A stretch of 64,000 nt of DNA from a virus. The DNA lies in IMG/VR virus record IMGVR_UViG_3300042261_001152, positions 4,618 through 68,617 of that record; one strand, given 5' to 3'. How positions within the stretch are numbered: position 1 is the stretch's first letter; each line of letters opens with the position of its first letter. This document shows positions 46,504 through 55,572 of this stretch, in pieces. The notes below the pieces were generated by a model. It saw only the letters and a list, made by a program, of their open reading frames with translations. It ran no database searches and had not been told where the DNA came from. Both the position numbers and the translations under genes were made by a program.

Positions 46504-47424
46504 CTATTTACCAATAACATTACCAAATACATAGCAGTGATTGCGTGTAGCAATGTTAAATCCTCGCTTCATGGCCTCCATGGCTATGGCTGCGGTTCGA
46601 TCTGTTTCCTGACTATCCTTGGTTGCACCTACAGGCATGACCCACATCTCTGGTGGATATTGGCCATTGGCTTTGAATTGCTCATAGATGTTGTACTGAT
46701 GTGCAGCTAATTCATCCCAGCAGTTAGGTTCACCATTGACGACAAATTTTATGATACCAGAACAACCAGCAATCTGCATGTAATCAAAAATTAAATCTTT
46801 ATTGACTGCATTTTCTTCACCAGCCACAGTAAAGAGTTTAGGACTCATGGCCCAGTGCCAGCGATGTCCCCATTCTGCACAATATTCATCTTCGATGAAA
46901 GTTTTTAATTCAGCTGAAACTGGTTTAGTAGTATTGGTTTCTACTGTAATGGTTCTAGGACAATTGCCTCGGCGTTTTAATTCACGAACAATTTCAATCA
47001 TGGCCTTCTGATACATCATGGGCTCACCACCGGTAAATGCCAGTTGTGTATCCTGATTGGTTGTATGATGAATAAATTCGCCCAGAGGATTGCTTGGGTG
47101 TTTCAGATGTTCAACTAATTGATCGCAAATTTCTGCAACAGTTGCATCATGAACCAGATGTTTATATTTAGCACTCCAGCTATAACTACTATCACAACCA
47201 TGTTCCCAGACCGGAAGATCTTCTAGTTTCTTGACGCTACTGGGATCGAATTCTTTATAAGGTAATACATAGGTAGCTGGATTGGTTGGATCGGTCTGAC
47301 CAAAACCATTGCATTCTAGATTACAACCAAAGAATCTAATCCAGACCGTTGGTTTACCGGCCAGTTCAGCTTCGCCCTGAAAGCTATAGAATATTTCTGA
47401 AAAACGATAGGTTTTATCTGACAT
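46504..47424 (-). CDS. queE: 7-carboxy-7-deazaguanine synthase QueE (radical SAM)
   Basis: [20 protein letters not shown]...CDS, TGGEP, ETN, SPK. Confidence 0.9.
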   Translation of the reverse strand: MSDKTYRFSEIFYSFQGEAELAGKPTVWIRFFGCNLECNGFGQTDPTNPATYVLPYKEFDPSSVKKLEDLPVWEHGCDSSYSWSAKYKHLVHDATVAEICDQLVEHLKHPSNPLGEFIHHTTNQDTQLAFTGGEPMMYQKAMIEIVRELKRRGNCPRTITVETNTTKPVSAELKTFIEDEYCAEWGHRWHWAMSPKLFTVAGEENAVNKDLIFDYMQIAGCSGIIKFVVNGEPNCWDELAAHQYNIYEQFKANGQYPPEMWVMPVGATKDSQETDRTAAIAMEAMKRGFNIATRNHCYVFGNVIGK

Positions 47425-47459
47425 AATTGCCTCTTTTAAATTTAGATTGTTGTATTATA

Positions 47460-48005
47460 TTATTCTTCTGACTCTGTGTCAATATCTTTTAGTATTTTTT
47501 CGGTCTTTTTAGTAATGGTGCTGACCACTTTTTCGTACTCGTACTGATCCATCTGAGTTTTAAGGAATTCTAAGAATTGATTTTGGAACTCTCCGTTATC
47601 ATGTTCCTGTGTGACCAGATCATTGATGTCTAACTGATCAATGTATCTGAATTTGGTTGCCATCTGTTTCTTTTCTTTCTGTATGCGACGAACAAATGCA
47701 AAGAAAGTAATCTGTGTAAAATAGGCAAAGGGATTTTTACTCTTGGCTGGATCGAAATTATTAACAACTGCCAGACAATTTTCTATGGCATCTGAAATCA
47801 TTTCGTCCCGATATGAGTAGTTAATGAAGTTTGATTTGTAGCTAAGGTGTCGGGCAATTTTGATAAAACAATCGCCCAGGTAATCACTGACCGGTGGCAT
47901 ATCTGTATTTGCAGCGCGAGCCTCTTGAACCTTGGCGCGATGATCTAATAGAGCTGCTAGAAAGTCAGCGTTGTTGATATAATGATTGGTGTTTGCGTTT
48001 GCCAT
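47460..48005 (-). CDS. 55: Late-transcription sigma factor gp55
   Basis: HYINN, NFINYSYRDEMISDAIENC, NPFAYFTQI..AF.RRI.KEK. Confidence 0.93.
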   Translation of the reverse strand: MANANTNHYINNADFLAALLDHRAKVQEARAANTDMPPVSDYLGDCFIKIARHLSYKSNFINYSYRDEMISDAIENCLAVVNNFDPAKSKNPFAYFTQITFFAFVRRIQKEKKQMATKFRYIDQLDINDLVTQEHDNGEFQNQFLEFLKTQMDQYEYEKVVSTITKKTEKILKDIDTESEE

Positions 48006-48039
48006 GATATTCCAATTATAAATGAATGATTAAAAAATG

Positions 48040-48444
48040 TCAATGCAATTTTGCCAGAGCAGCTTCTTCCATGGCGTCCCAGATCTCTTCGGATTCGGGC
48101 ATTTCCATGCGGTGAGGTTCATCGAGCTTTCCGGCCTGTTCCTTGTGTAGCATGTCCAGGTATCCGGTATAGCGATCCAGGGCTCCAGGTCTGATATTGC
48201 ATATGGTTAAAATACTTTCAGATGGTAATAAAATTTCTTCATCTGAAGTAGTTGGTATAAATGGTGCCATGCCTATGGTTTCCACTACCTGACCTACGTG
48301 ATTCAAGAACTTAAATGTGCTAAAGATAACTGGATCTTTAACAGCAATGAATTCGTAGTCATGTAGATTTTGCATGGTCAGAGTATCGTCTACTCCGCAG
48401 GCTATGACATCGCCATTTTTAAATTTTATGGTTTTAAGTTGCAT
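48040..48444 (-). CDS. Conserved hypothetical protein
   Basis: Between uvsW and 55; IKFKNGD.I pattern. Confidence 0.6.
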   Translation of the reverse strand: MQLKTIKFKNGDVIACGVDDTLTMQNLHDYEFIAVKDPVIFSTFKFLNHVGQVVETIGMAPFIPTTSDEEILLPSESILTICNIRPGALDRYTGYLDMLHKEQAGKLDEPHRMEMPESEEIWDAMEEAALAKLH

Positions 48445-49921
48445 CGTTTAATTTGACCTTGACTAATTTATAATCAAAATGTTCATCATTGTAGATTTTA
48501 ATGCGTTCAGTCAAATGTAATAGTGTAAAATTTTTCTTGGTCTTCCAGCTTAGGTCGTCGCCTATGTCATAGAGCCTGCAACGATCCTTGCTTTCAGACG
48601 TTCTAAGTCCACGTCCTATACTCTGCAGGTTACGAATACGACTCTTACTAGGGCTAGCAAAAATGATATTATGCAGGTTACGAATATTTATACCTGTACT
48701 AAATGTACCATAGCTGGCAACTATGATGGCATCACTCTCTTGCTCGGTAATGTGTCGAACCTGTTCGCGCTGATCAGTATCGGTTCCACCATGCACAAAA
48801 AAGATGCGACGTCCATCCTTGGCTCGTTGTTCAATCATGTTGTGTAGCTGTTTACCGTGCTTTTCTACATACTGAAACAGCACCAGAGTGTTGCCTGTCT
48901 GTGCCAGAGCCAGGTTGCGTATAAACTTATTGCGTGGTTCATACTGTGTTAGAAAATCCATTTCTTCCTGATAGGTCCAGGCTCGGGAAGCTTTGCGTTG
49001 AGCATCTGGGTATTCCAGAGTAAGTATGGTTATGTCCAGGTCTGCTAACTGTTCATTTTTAATCAGCTGGCGAGTGGTAGTTACTTTATGCACTGCTCCA
49101 AAGATGCCTTCTAGAACCAGTTTATGTGTCTGTGTTCCATCCAGAGTGCCTGTGGTGCCTATGCGATAGCGACAATCAGGCATTTTATTTAATATGCCAG
49201 TCAGACTCTTGGCTTTGAATAAGTGCGCTTCATCTCCGTACACCACATCAAATCCTTCAAAGAAAGATTTAGGGAGTTTGTAGAGGCTCTGCCAGGTACT
49301 TATAACAACTGGCCAGTCGTTGGATTTCTCATGACCACCGTAAATTCTGTGTACGTGTTCAGATGTCTTCCAGCCATTGGCTGAACTATAATCTTGAAAA
49401 TCTGCATATAACTGCTCTACCAGACTTGTTGTTGGTACTACAATTAACTGACGACGACCCTGACTTAAATGATAGCGCACAGTGCCATAGATGATTAAAC
49501 TCTTGCCAGAACCAGTTGGGCTTAGTAATAATGTACGTTCATTATATATGGCATGACGCACTGCGTCAATCTGATAATCGCGAATCTGTATGGGTTTACC
49601 ATGTCCCTGCAGTTTTAGATCTTCTAAATACTGAGCTACATCTACATAGGGCTCTGGCTGAGCTGGTATGGTATTTTCTACAGTATAGCCATTTAAACTG
49701 GCAAAGGCCTGTACATAGGGTATCAGTCCCGTATATAGTTCCTGGGTAAACATGCTGTAGAGTCTGACCTTGCCGTCCCATAACTTGGCTCTGTACTGTG
49801 GCATAAAACGTGCGCCAGGTTGCTCAAAGGTAAAATAATCAGACAGTTCCTGCATGATGCCAACGTCAGCATCCACACGACAATGAACCTGATTTTTGGG
49901 TTTTATGATTATGTTTGCCAC
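48434..49921 (-). CDS. uvsW: UvsW DNA helicase
   Basis: WDGK.RL, RDYQ, SPTGSGKS, GDEAH, QSIGR.LR. Confidence 0.95.
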   Translation of the reverse strand: MANIIIKPKNQVHCRVDADVGIMQELSDYFTFEQPGARFMPQYRAKLWDGKVRLYSMFTQELYTGLIPYVQAFASLNGYTVENTIPAQPEPYVDVAQYLEDLKLQGHGKPIQIRDYQIDAVRHAIYNERTLLLSPTGSGKSLIIYGTVRYHLSQGRRQLIVVPTTSLVEQLYADFQDYSSANGWKTSEHVHRIYGGHEKSNDWPVVISTWQSLYKLPKSFFEGFDVVYGDEAHLFKAKSLTGILNKMPDCRYRIGTTGTLDGTQTHKLVLEGIFGAVHKVTTTRQLIKNEQLADLDITILTLEYPDAQRKASRAWTYQEEMDFLTQYEPRNKFIRNLALAQTGNTLVLFQYVEKHGKQLHNMIEQRAKDGRRIFFVHGGTDTDQREQVRHITEQESDAIIVASYGTFSTGINIRNLHNIIFASPSKSRIRNLQSIGRGLRTSESKDRCRLYDIGDDLSWKTKKNFTLLHLTERIKIYNDEHFDYKLVKVKLNDAT

Positions 49922-50361
49922 TAGATCATTCCGTTGGTAAATTTAGTCCACTCTATGCTATTTTTAATGTCCCAGGTGCGACTATGAATACTTTTAAGAA
50001 TACCTTCGAGCATGCTTAAAACGGTTCTGTGATATTCCAGTTTGTCCTGCAGAGTGATTAGATCCGAATCAGTTGCTATAAATTCATCCATTTCATTCTT
50101 GAGTGGTTTGATTCCCTGATACTGAGGCCAGTTTAATTCATCCAGTTCAATCTGAGTCATTTCACCACGAAAGTATCGGTATTTGTTGCGTCGCATGCGC
50201 AAGTATTCGCTTTCGGCTCTGCGTGCATTTAACTTGGCATTGACCAAAAGGTTAAGATATTTGGCATGAAGCTTGGGGATTTTAGCACTTTCCGAACCTA
50301 AATTGGTTTCGTCTATGCTGCTGTCTCGAGCCCATTCTTCCTGTAGTTCAGCTAATTTCAT
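49921..50361 (-). CDS. uvsY: UvsY recombination mediator
   Basis: W..DS.ID, IPKLHAKYL, R.W.IKNSIEW.KF..G. Confidence 0.9.
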   Translation of the reverse strand: MKLAELQEEWARDSSIDETNLGSESAKIPKLHAKYLNLLVNAKLNARRAESEYLRMRRNKYRYFRGEMTQIELDELNWPQYQGIKPLKNEMDEFIATDSDLITLQDKLEYHRTVLSMLEGILKSIHSRTWDIKNSIEWTKFTNGMI

Positions 50362-50386
50362 TCAGTTTCTCCATTCAGATAGAGAC

Positions 50387-50415
50387 ATTATATAGGAAAT
50401 AATCTATAGTGTCAA
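50387..50415 (-). promoter_or_regulatory. Sigma70-type promoter of uvsY
   Basis: TTGACA-17-TATAAT. Confidence 0.7.
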
Positions 50416-50996
50416 TTACTTAATTTTTCTATGGTAAATACCTTGTAGCGGAAGGTAGCAGTTCCAACAAAATACTCCATGCCTGAACTGGTGATATCAA
50501 AGTTTAAACCTTCTATGGCTGTGGGCCAAAGATCCTGAAAGTTTAATTTGACCTTGGGTATGTTATTGCTGTCAATGATCAATAAACTGGCATCGCTAAA
50601 CGCATTATTATACTTGTCTGGTGTATAAGGATTGGCTCTATAAGTAAGCGAACCGTACTGATCGCCACCGCTAGGAACACCTATGCTGGCTATCCAATCA
50701 TAGAGTTCTTTATAGTTGCTCATGTCTTCGTTGATTAGAAACTGTATGATAAACTCACCAAAAAATACCTTATCACCTGGATGTGGTATGTCTACAAACG
50801 GTGTCTGCTGCATGGCCGCTCCCAGATTTAACGCAGGTAGGTTAGCACTCTGACAAGTATATGTTACATTGGGCATTTTAGCGATCAAAAATTTAAAACT
50901 GTTGGGTCTTAGATAATTGGTGCTGGGCACAGTGGATACTATGCTACTATAATTGCTTATGCTGGTTGTTGCAGAATATTTGGTTGTTAATGTCAT
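50412..50996 (-). CDS. 3: Tail completion/tube terminator gp3-like
   Basis: NYL.P..FKF...P.V.Y.CQ.ANLP, F.INEDM.NY.EL..W, ATF.Y. Confidence 0.8.
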   Translation of the reverse strand: MTLTTKYSATTSISNYSSIVSTVPSTNYLRPNSFKFLIAKMPNVTYTCQSANLPALNLGAAMQQTPFVDIPHPGDKVFFGEFIIQFLINEDMSNYKELYDWIASIGVPSGGDQYGSLTYRANPYTPDKYNNAFSDASLLIIDSNNIPKVKLNFQDLWPTAIEGLNFDITSSGMEYFVGTATFRYKVFTIEKLSN

Positions 50997-51090
50997 TTAA
51001 GTTCCTATTGACTTTCTATCGACACACCTATAGTATCAGCGTGTAGGGTTTGATGTTATCATAATTATATCCATACTGTATTTATCAAGT

Positions 51091-51125
51091 AAAGAAAAGG
51101 GAGTCCGAAAACTCCCTGTTCTTTT
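51091..51125. terminator. Bidirectional rho-independent terminator after gp23
   Basis: GGGAGT-TTTCGG-ACTCCC with T-rich tails on both strands. Confidence 0.8.
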
Positions 51126-51148
51126 ATTACTTCCTAACCAAACAACTA

Positions 51149-52429
51149 TTACATTAAGTTTGTTACTTTTACTCGTCTGTAGTATGTGTTTGTACCAGCT
51201 GTTAAGCTTGTGAACGGATTTGTTACTAGACCGTAACGTGTTTTGAATCCGATCTTAGGTTGGAATGTTGCTGGATCAACAGCACGAACCATTTGTAATG
51301 GAACGTATGGGCAATAGAACATACCAGCGTCATAAGGACTTGTGCCTTTATAACCTGCTACGTAGAATTGGCTAGCTGTGTTTAAGTTTGCTGAATATGG
51401 ATCAACATAAACTTTGATCTTACCGTTTAATACACCAGCAAATGTATTGCCTGTGTCGTCAACGTTTAATGCTGTTGAAAGTGCAGGTGTGTAATCTAAG
51501 ATACCAGCCATTGACAGAGCTGAAGCAACGTCTGCTGATACGATTAAGATATTACCTTTACCTCTACGTGTTGTTTGAGCAATGCTGTTGCAATCACGTT
51601 CGATTTGGAATAGTAAGCCTTTGAAGCGTTCTACTGACCAACGACCGTTTGCATCAGTGTCTAAGTCAAATGTACCAAATGTAGTTGTCGCGCCAGTTTG
51701 TGCACCAGGTTGAGCAGCTGCATAGATAGTACGGATAACTTCACGGTTGATTTCGAATAAGATTTCTTGGCTAAGAATGTTAGCTAATTCACCTTCTGCG
51801 TCAAGACCATGAACTGCTTTTAAGTCTTGTGCTAATTCAACTGTGTATTGAGCTTTAAGGCCACGTGTTTTAGCAGCTACAGTTGTTTTTTCAATTGTAA
51901 ATGCCATTTCGCCCCAAGCATAACCTGGAGAGTCGCCTAATTTTTCAGCGTCGCCAACAGCCATACCAACACCAGTTGTATATGGTGAAACTACTGGATT
52001 TGTACCAGCGTGTGCAGTTAATGAAGAACCAGCAAAGTCTGTGTCTGCTTCGTCAAATAACGCTTCTGTACCACCTTGTGTTGAGTAGTTTGATTTCATA
52101 GCGAAAATCAAACCTGTTGGGCCAGTCATTGGTTGAACGCCGCAAACGTCGTATGCCATTAAGTTAGGCATTGCACGGCGAACTAAACTGATAAGGATTG
52201 GATCGTAACCAGCTAGGTTTGTGTTACCTGGGCTGTTTACTTGACCAGCGATACCAGCGCCAACGCTGTTAGCTGCTACGGTTTCCCATAGTGCTTGTTT
52301 TTCTTCGATAAGCGCTTTTTCTTGGTTTTCAAGAAGAACGCCTGTTACATATTTCTTGTAACTGTCCTTGATTTCTGGAAGTGCGTCGTGATTAATCACT
52401 GCATCCCATTTTTCTTGCAAGTTTTGCAT
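51149..52429 (-). CDS. 23: Major capsid protein gp23
   Basis: LVRRAMP, GVQPMTGPTGLIFA, ELAQDLKAVHGLDAE, YCPYVP, GFKTRYG. Confidence 0.98.
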   Translation of the reverse strand: MQNLQEKWDAVINHDALPEIKDSYKKYVTGVLLENQEKALIEEKQALWETVAANSVGAGIAGQVNSPGNTNLAGYDPILISLVRRAMPNLMAYDVCGVQPMTGPTGLIFAMKSNYSTQGGTEALFDEADTDFAGSSLTAHAGTNPVVSPYTTGVGMAVGDAEKLGDSPGYAWGEMAFTIEKTTVAAKTRGLKAQYTVELAQDLKAVHGLDAEGELANILSQEILFEINREVIRTIYAAAQPGAQTGATTTFGTFDLDTDANGRWSVERFKGLLFQIERDCNSIAQTTRRGKGNILIVSADVASALSMAGILDYTPALSTALNVDDTGNTFAGVLNGKIKVYVDPYSANLNTASQFYVAGYKGTSPYDAGMFYCPYVPLQMVRAVDPATFQPKIGFKTRYGLVTNPFTSLTAGTNTYYRRVKVTNLM

Positions 52430-52476
52430 TTTACTTTTTCTCCTGAAGGAAATGTTGATTCTAAATTATACTTTAA

Positions 52477-53736
52477 TTAGCCTAGGTGTTTAACCTTTGC
52501 TGTTCTTGAAAGCGCTTCCACGTAATTTTTCATATGAGCTGGAACTTCTTTAGTTTGTTCGCCACTGTTATATGAAACCTGTTCCTCCAGCATTTTTTCT
52601 GGACTAGCAGGTGCATTACCTGGGAAGTAGTTTTCTTTAACAACTTTAACTTTGCTTGTGAAAAGTTCTTCGTTGCCAAATTCTACACCTTCTAACAGCT
52701 TAGACATTTTTTCAGCATCTGTTGCTGTTAAATCTCGGCAAGCTTGTTCGACGATTCTGTCGCGTTTGATGCCATCTAACTCTGCTTTGAGAGCTACATT
52801 AGCAGCAATAGTTTCATCTAACTTAGCTTTTGTCTCATCCACTTTAGTAGACATATCTTCTAATACGTCAACCTTGTCGGCTGGGACTTCAAAGTAATGC
52901 TCTTGGAAAAGATTCTTTAAACCAAGCATAAAGTCTTCGGCAACTTCTGTGCGTAGACCTTGTTCCACTTCAACTTCATTGTCTTTCATCCATTGTTCGA
53001 CAACATAATTTAGATATGAATCAACCTTTTCTACAAGACCTTCTTTGAGTTCGTCAAAGTCATGAGCATTTTGTTCTGCTAGTTCAGCAGCAATGTTCTC
53101 AACTTCGTTATTAACACGGGCAATAACTGCGGCTTCGAAAATCGCGCCTGCCTGTGTTTTAAATTCTTCTGACAGATTAGTATCAGCTGCAAACACGCTT
53201 TCGATGTCTTTGCGCAGGTCATCCAAACGCATATCAATCTTACGTGGTTCGTCAACTAAATCTTCTTCTGTGATTACATCATCACCTGCATCAGCGTCTT
53301 CCTTGAATGGAACTTCGCCAGCGCCTGGTGTTGTTGGTTGTGCAAATGTACCAGGTGTTGAACTAGTACCAGTAGCAGCTGAGTATTCAGCTTTGCGGCT
53401 GTTACCTTGCATGTGTTGTGGTTCTTCGCGACCTTTGGTAATGCTAGAATCTGGTGTGTTGCTTGCTGCATTTTGCGCTTCGATTTCAGCGTAGTCTGCA
53501 TCTTTGCTATCGCCCTGTTTAACCTGAGCTTCAGCTGCACCTTTCTTGATGCTTGTATCTTCTGGATTTACAGCTGCGCCAGTATGTGGATCGATCACTG
53601 TATATTCAGCTTTTTTACTATCGCCTTGCATTGGTTGAGGTTCGCTTGGAGCTGAGCTCAATCCTGCTTCGTTGATTTGCTGAGCTTTGGCTTTCTTGCT
53701 TTCCATAAGCTCGCGAATTTTTGTTTCTAATGACAT
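52477..53736 (-). CDS. 22: Prohead scaffold gp22
   Basis: LSEEFK..A..IFEAAV, KVDSYLNYVVEQW; late promoter at 53766-53773. Confidence 0.9.
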   Translation of the reverse strand: MSLETKIRELMESKKAKAQQINEAGLSSAPSEPQPMQGDSKKAEYTVIDPHTGAAVNPEDTSIKKGAAEAQVKQGDSKDADYAEIEAQNAASNTPDSSITKGREEPQHMQGNSRKAEYSAATGTSSTPGTFAQPTTPGAGEVPFKEDADAGDDVITEEDLVDEPRKIDMRLDDLRKDIESVFAADTNLSEEFKTQAGAIFEAAVIARVNNEVENIAAELAEQNAHDFDELKEGLVEKVDSYLNYVVEQWMKDNEVEVEQGLRTEVAEDFMLGLKNLFQEHYFEVPADKVDVLEDMSTKVDETKAKLDETIAANVALKAELDGIKRDRIVEQACRDLTATDAEKMSKLLEGVEFGNEELFTSKVKVVKENYFPGNAPASPEKMLEEQVSYNSGEQTKEVPAHMKNYVEALSRTAKVKHLG

Positions 53737-53765
53737 TTTAAGGTCTCCTAAAACGGGGTTTCTAT

Positions 53766-53773
53766 TATTTATA
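53766..53773 (-). promoter_or_regulatory. Late promoter TATAAATA upstream of gp22
   Basis: Exact match. Confidence 0.75.
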
Positions 53774-53780
53774 AAAAATG

Positions 53781-54440
53781 TTATCTTGATATTTGTTTAA
53801 TGAAATTTTCAAATACCTGAATCTTTACTGCGTCAAGATCTTTTAAGCTAGCCTTTTGAATAACACTACGAGTTTCGTCATAGTGGCGTTCTACGAAACG
53901 ACCTTCAACCATCATCCATTCTTTGCCTTCCATGATACCGCGCACAAACGCGTCTGGTGCACTTGGATCTGCAACTATGTCAGCTGCTGTAGCCAGATAA
54001 AAGTCATCTTGAACTTCATTAACGCCTTCTTTATTCACTTTCAAACTACCCATTCCACGAGAGCTAACACCTAACTGAGCACCTTCATCGATAAGGTTTT
54101 TAACGATGCGGCCCATGGGTGTTTCGGTCATGATCTTGGCACGACCTATGTAATTGTTGCCGTCTTCTTTGAGGCTGACAATCATGTGACTAACGCGATC
54201 TAAATTGATGCTAGGACCATCTGGATGACCTAGTTCACCAAAAGCACGTTTAGTTTCTACATATTCTTTGATGTAGCGTTGAACTTCTTTATCCATGGTT
54301 TCTTTGCGATAGATACGGCCATTGCGATTGGCAATTTCTGTCTGTAAAAATGGACCTTCGATAAAGTAGCTTTTGCTACCATCTTCTTTCTTTTCTTTAA
54401 GATATTGAATATCCTGTACGGTTTCTGTAATCAGCTTCAT
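53781..54440 (-). CDS. 21: Prohead protease gp21
   Basis: NRNGR.Y, GELGHP, GVSSRG.GS, D.VADPSAPDA. Confidence 0.96.
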   Translation of the reverse strand: MKLITETVQDIQYLKEKKEDGSKSYFIEGPFLQTEIANRNGRIYRKETMDKEVQRYIKEYVETKRAFGELGHPDGPSINLDRVSHMIVSLKEDGNNYIGRAKIMTETPMGRIVKNLIDEGAQLGVSSRGMGSLKVNKEGVNEVQDDFYLATAADIVADPSAPDAFVRGIMEGKEWMMVEGRFVERHYDETRSVIQKASLKDLDAVKIQVFENFIKQISR

Positions 54441-54442
54441 GT

Positions 54443-54850
54443 CTATACTCCAACGTTGGTATTTGGACCTGCATACCCAGCTACTTTTCTAAGATCTAAA
54501 ATCAACATGCCAGATGCTTCGAATAATACAAAAATGCTGCTGGTGTTATTTAGCGCAATGCTAGGTAATTGTTGATTTCCAGGATATTCGGTAAATCCAT
54601 GCAGATCTAAAATAACAGTACCAGAGCTATTGCCTCGGCGCACTGTGATGCTGCTGTCGCTAACTGTGGGTGCATTGCTATAGGCATTGCTGATGTTTAT
54701 GGCTAATTCGCTGGTGGTTGAATAGGCAATTTCATCAGCTGCGCGTAAACTCAGCAAAGTAACAGTTGCACTATCGCCAGGTGCACTACCATAGAAATGC
54801 AATACTGCTCTTTGACGATCGTTTTTAATTATGTTATATTGTACGGCCAT
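54443..54850 (-). CDS. Hypothetical virion protein
   Basis: Within the head operon. Confidence 0.55.
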   Translation of the reverse strand: MAVQYNIIKNDRQRAVLHFYGSAPGDSATVTLLSLRAADEIAYSTTSELAINISNAYSNAPTVSDSSITVRRGNSSGTVILDLHGFTEYPGNQQLPSIALNNTSSIFVLFEASGMLILDLRKVAGYAGPNTNVGV

Positions 54851-55419
54851 TATTGGTCTCCTGCTACTTTGTTAATAGCCTTTTTAATGCCATCTTCACG
54901 GCTCCAGGCTTTTTTCTTATATTTTTGACTTAGGCTATTAAGAGCCTGTTTAAGCCCTGGATTGCGTTTCTTTTCGGCTGCATTTTTATACTCTGTTGAA
55001 ATCTGACCATGAATGCGCGCACTGCGTGGTGCCTTGTCCAGATAGCTAAGAGCCAGATCCTTGGAAATTTCGTCTAGTTCTTCAGTATCTTCACTAACAG
55101 CACCGGCTGGCATACCCTTGGCCTTGGTTTTATCCTTGGGCATGGTGGGAAACTTTTGCTTAGGTGTCATGGTTTTTACACCTGATGCAGGAAAGGCTTT
55201 GGCTACATCGGGTTTAAAACTTTCTAACTGATCTAGATCAGTATCAAAATCTTCGTTGGCTTTGATCTTCTTGGCTATTTCATGACCCTTGGTTATGATA
55301 CTTTTAGGTAGGTCATGAGCAGGACCTGAGCCCAGGCCGGCCTTTTTCTTAGCCACCGCCATGCCTATGGCATAGGGGTTGTATTTTGCAGCTTCTCTAA
55401 TCTGCTTGAACTTCGACAT
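54850..55419 (-). CDS. Probable prohead core/internal protein
   Basis: Start MSKFKQIRE; several x-x-E gp21-type sites (LDEIS); lies between 67 and 21. Confidence 0.55.
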   Translation of the reverse strand: MSKFKQIREAAKYNPYAIGMAVAKKKAGLGSGPAHDLPKSIITKGHEIAKKIKANEDFDTDLDQLESFKPDVAKAFPASGVKTMTPKQKFPTMPKDKTKAKGMPAGAVSEDTEELDEISKDLALSYLDKAPRSARIHGQISTEYKNAAEKKRNPGLKQALNSLSQKYKKKAWSREDGIKKAINKVAGDQ

Positions 55420-55570
55420 CTTTAGCTCCCATTTGCTTGGCAACTTCTACTTTGCGTGCATCCAGTGCATCTGTTATCTTTGCACTCATGGCATCTGCAA
55501 AATTTTCCTGCGCCTCAGCCTGTTTATCGTCGATGATATTATCCAACATGTTTCTAATTACTTCACTCAT
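55397..55570 (-). CDS. Prohead core protein gp67-like (57 aa, not in ORF track)
   Basis: MSEVIRNMLDNI..A.E.F..AM.AK..DALD.RK.EVA directly after the portal gene. Confidence 0.7.
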   Translation of the reverse strand: MSEVIRNMLDNIIDDKQAEAQENFADAMSAKITDALDARKVEVAKQMGAKDVEVQAD

Positions 55571-55572
55571 GA

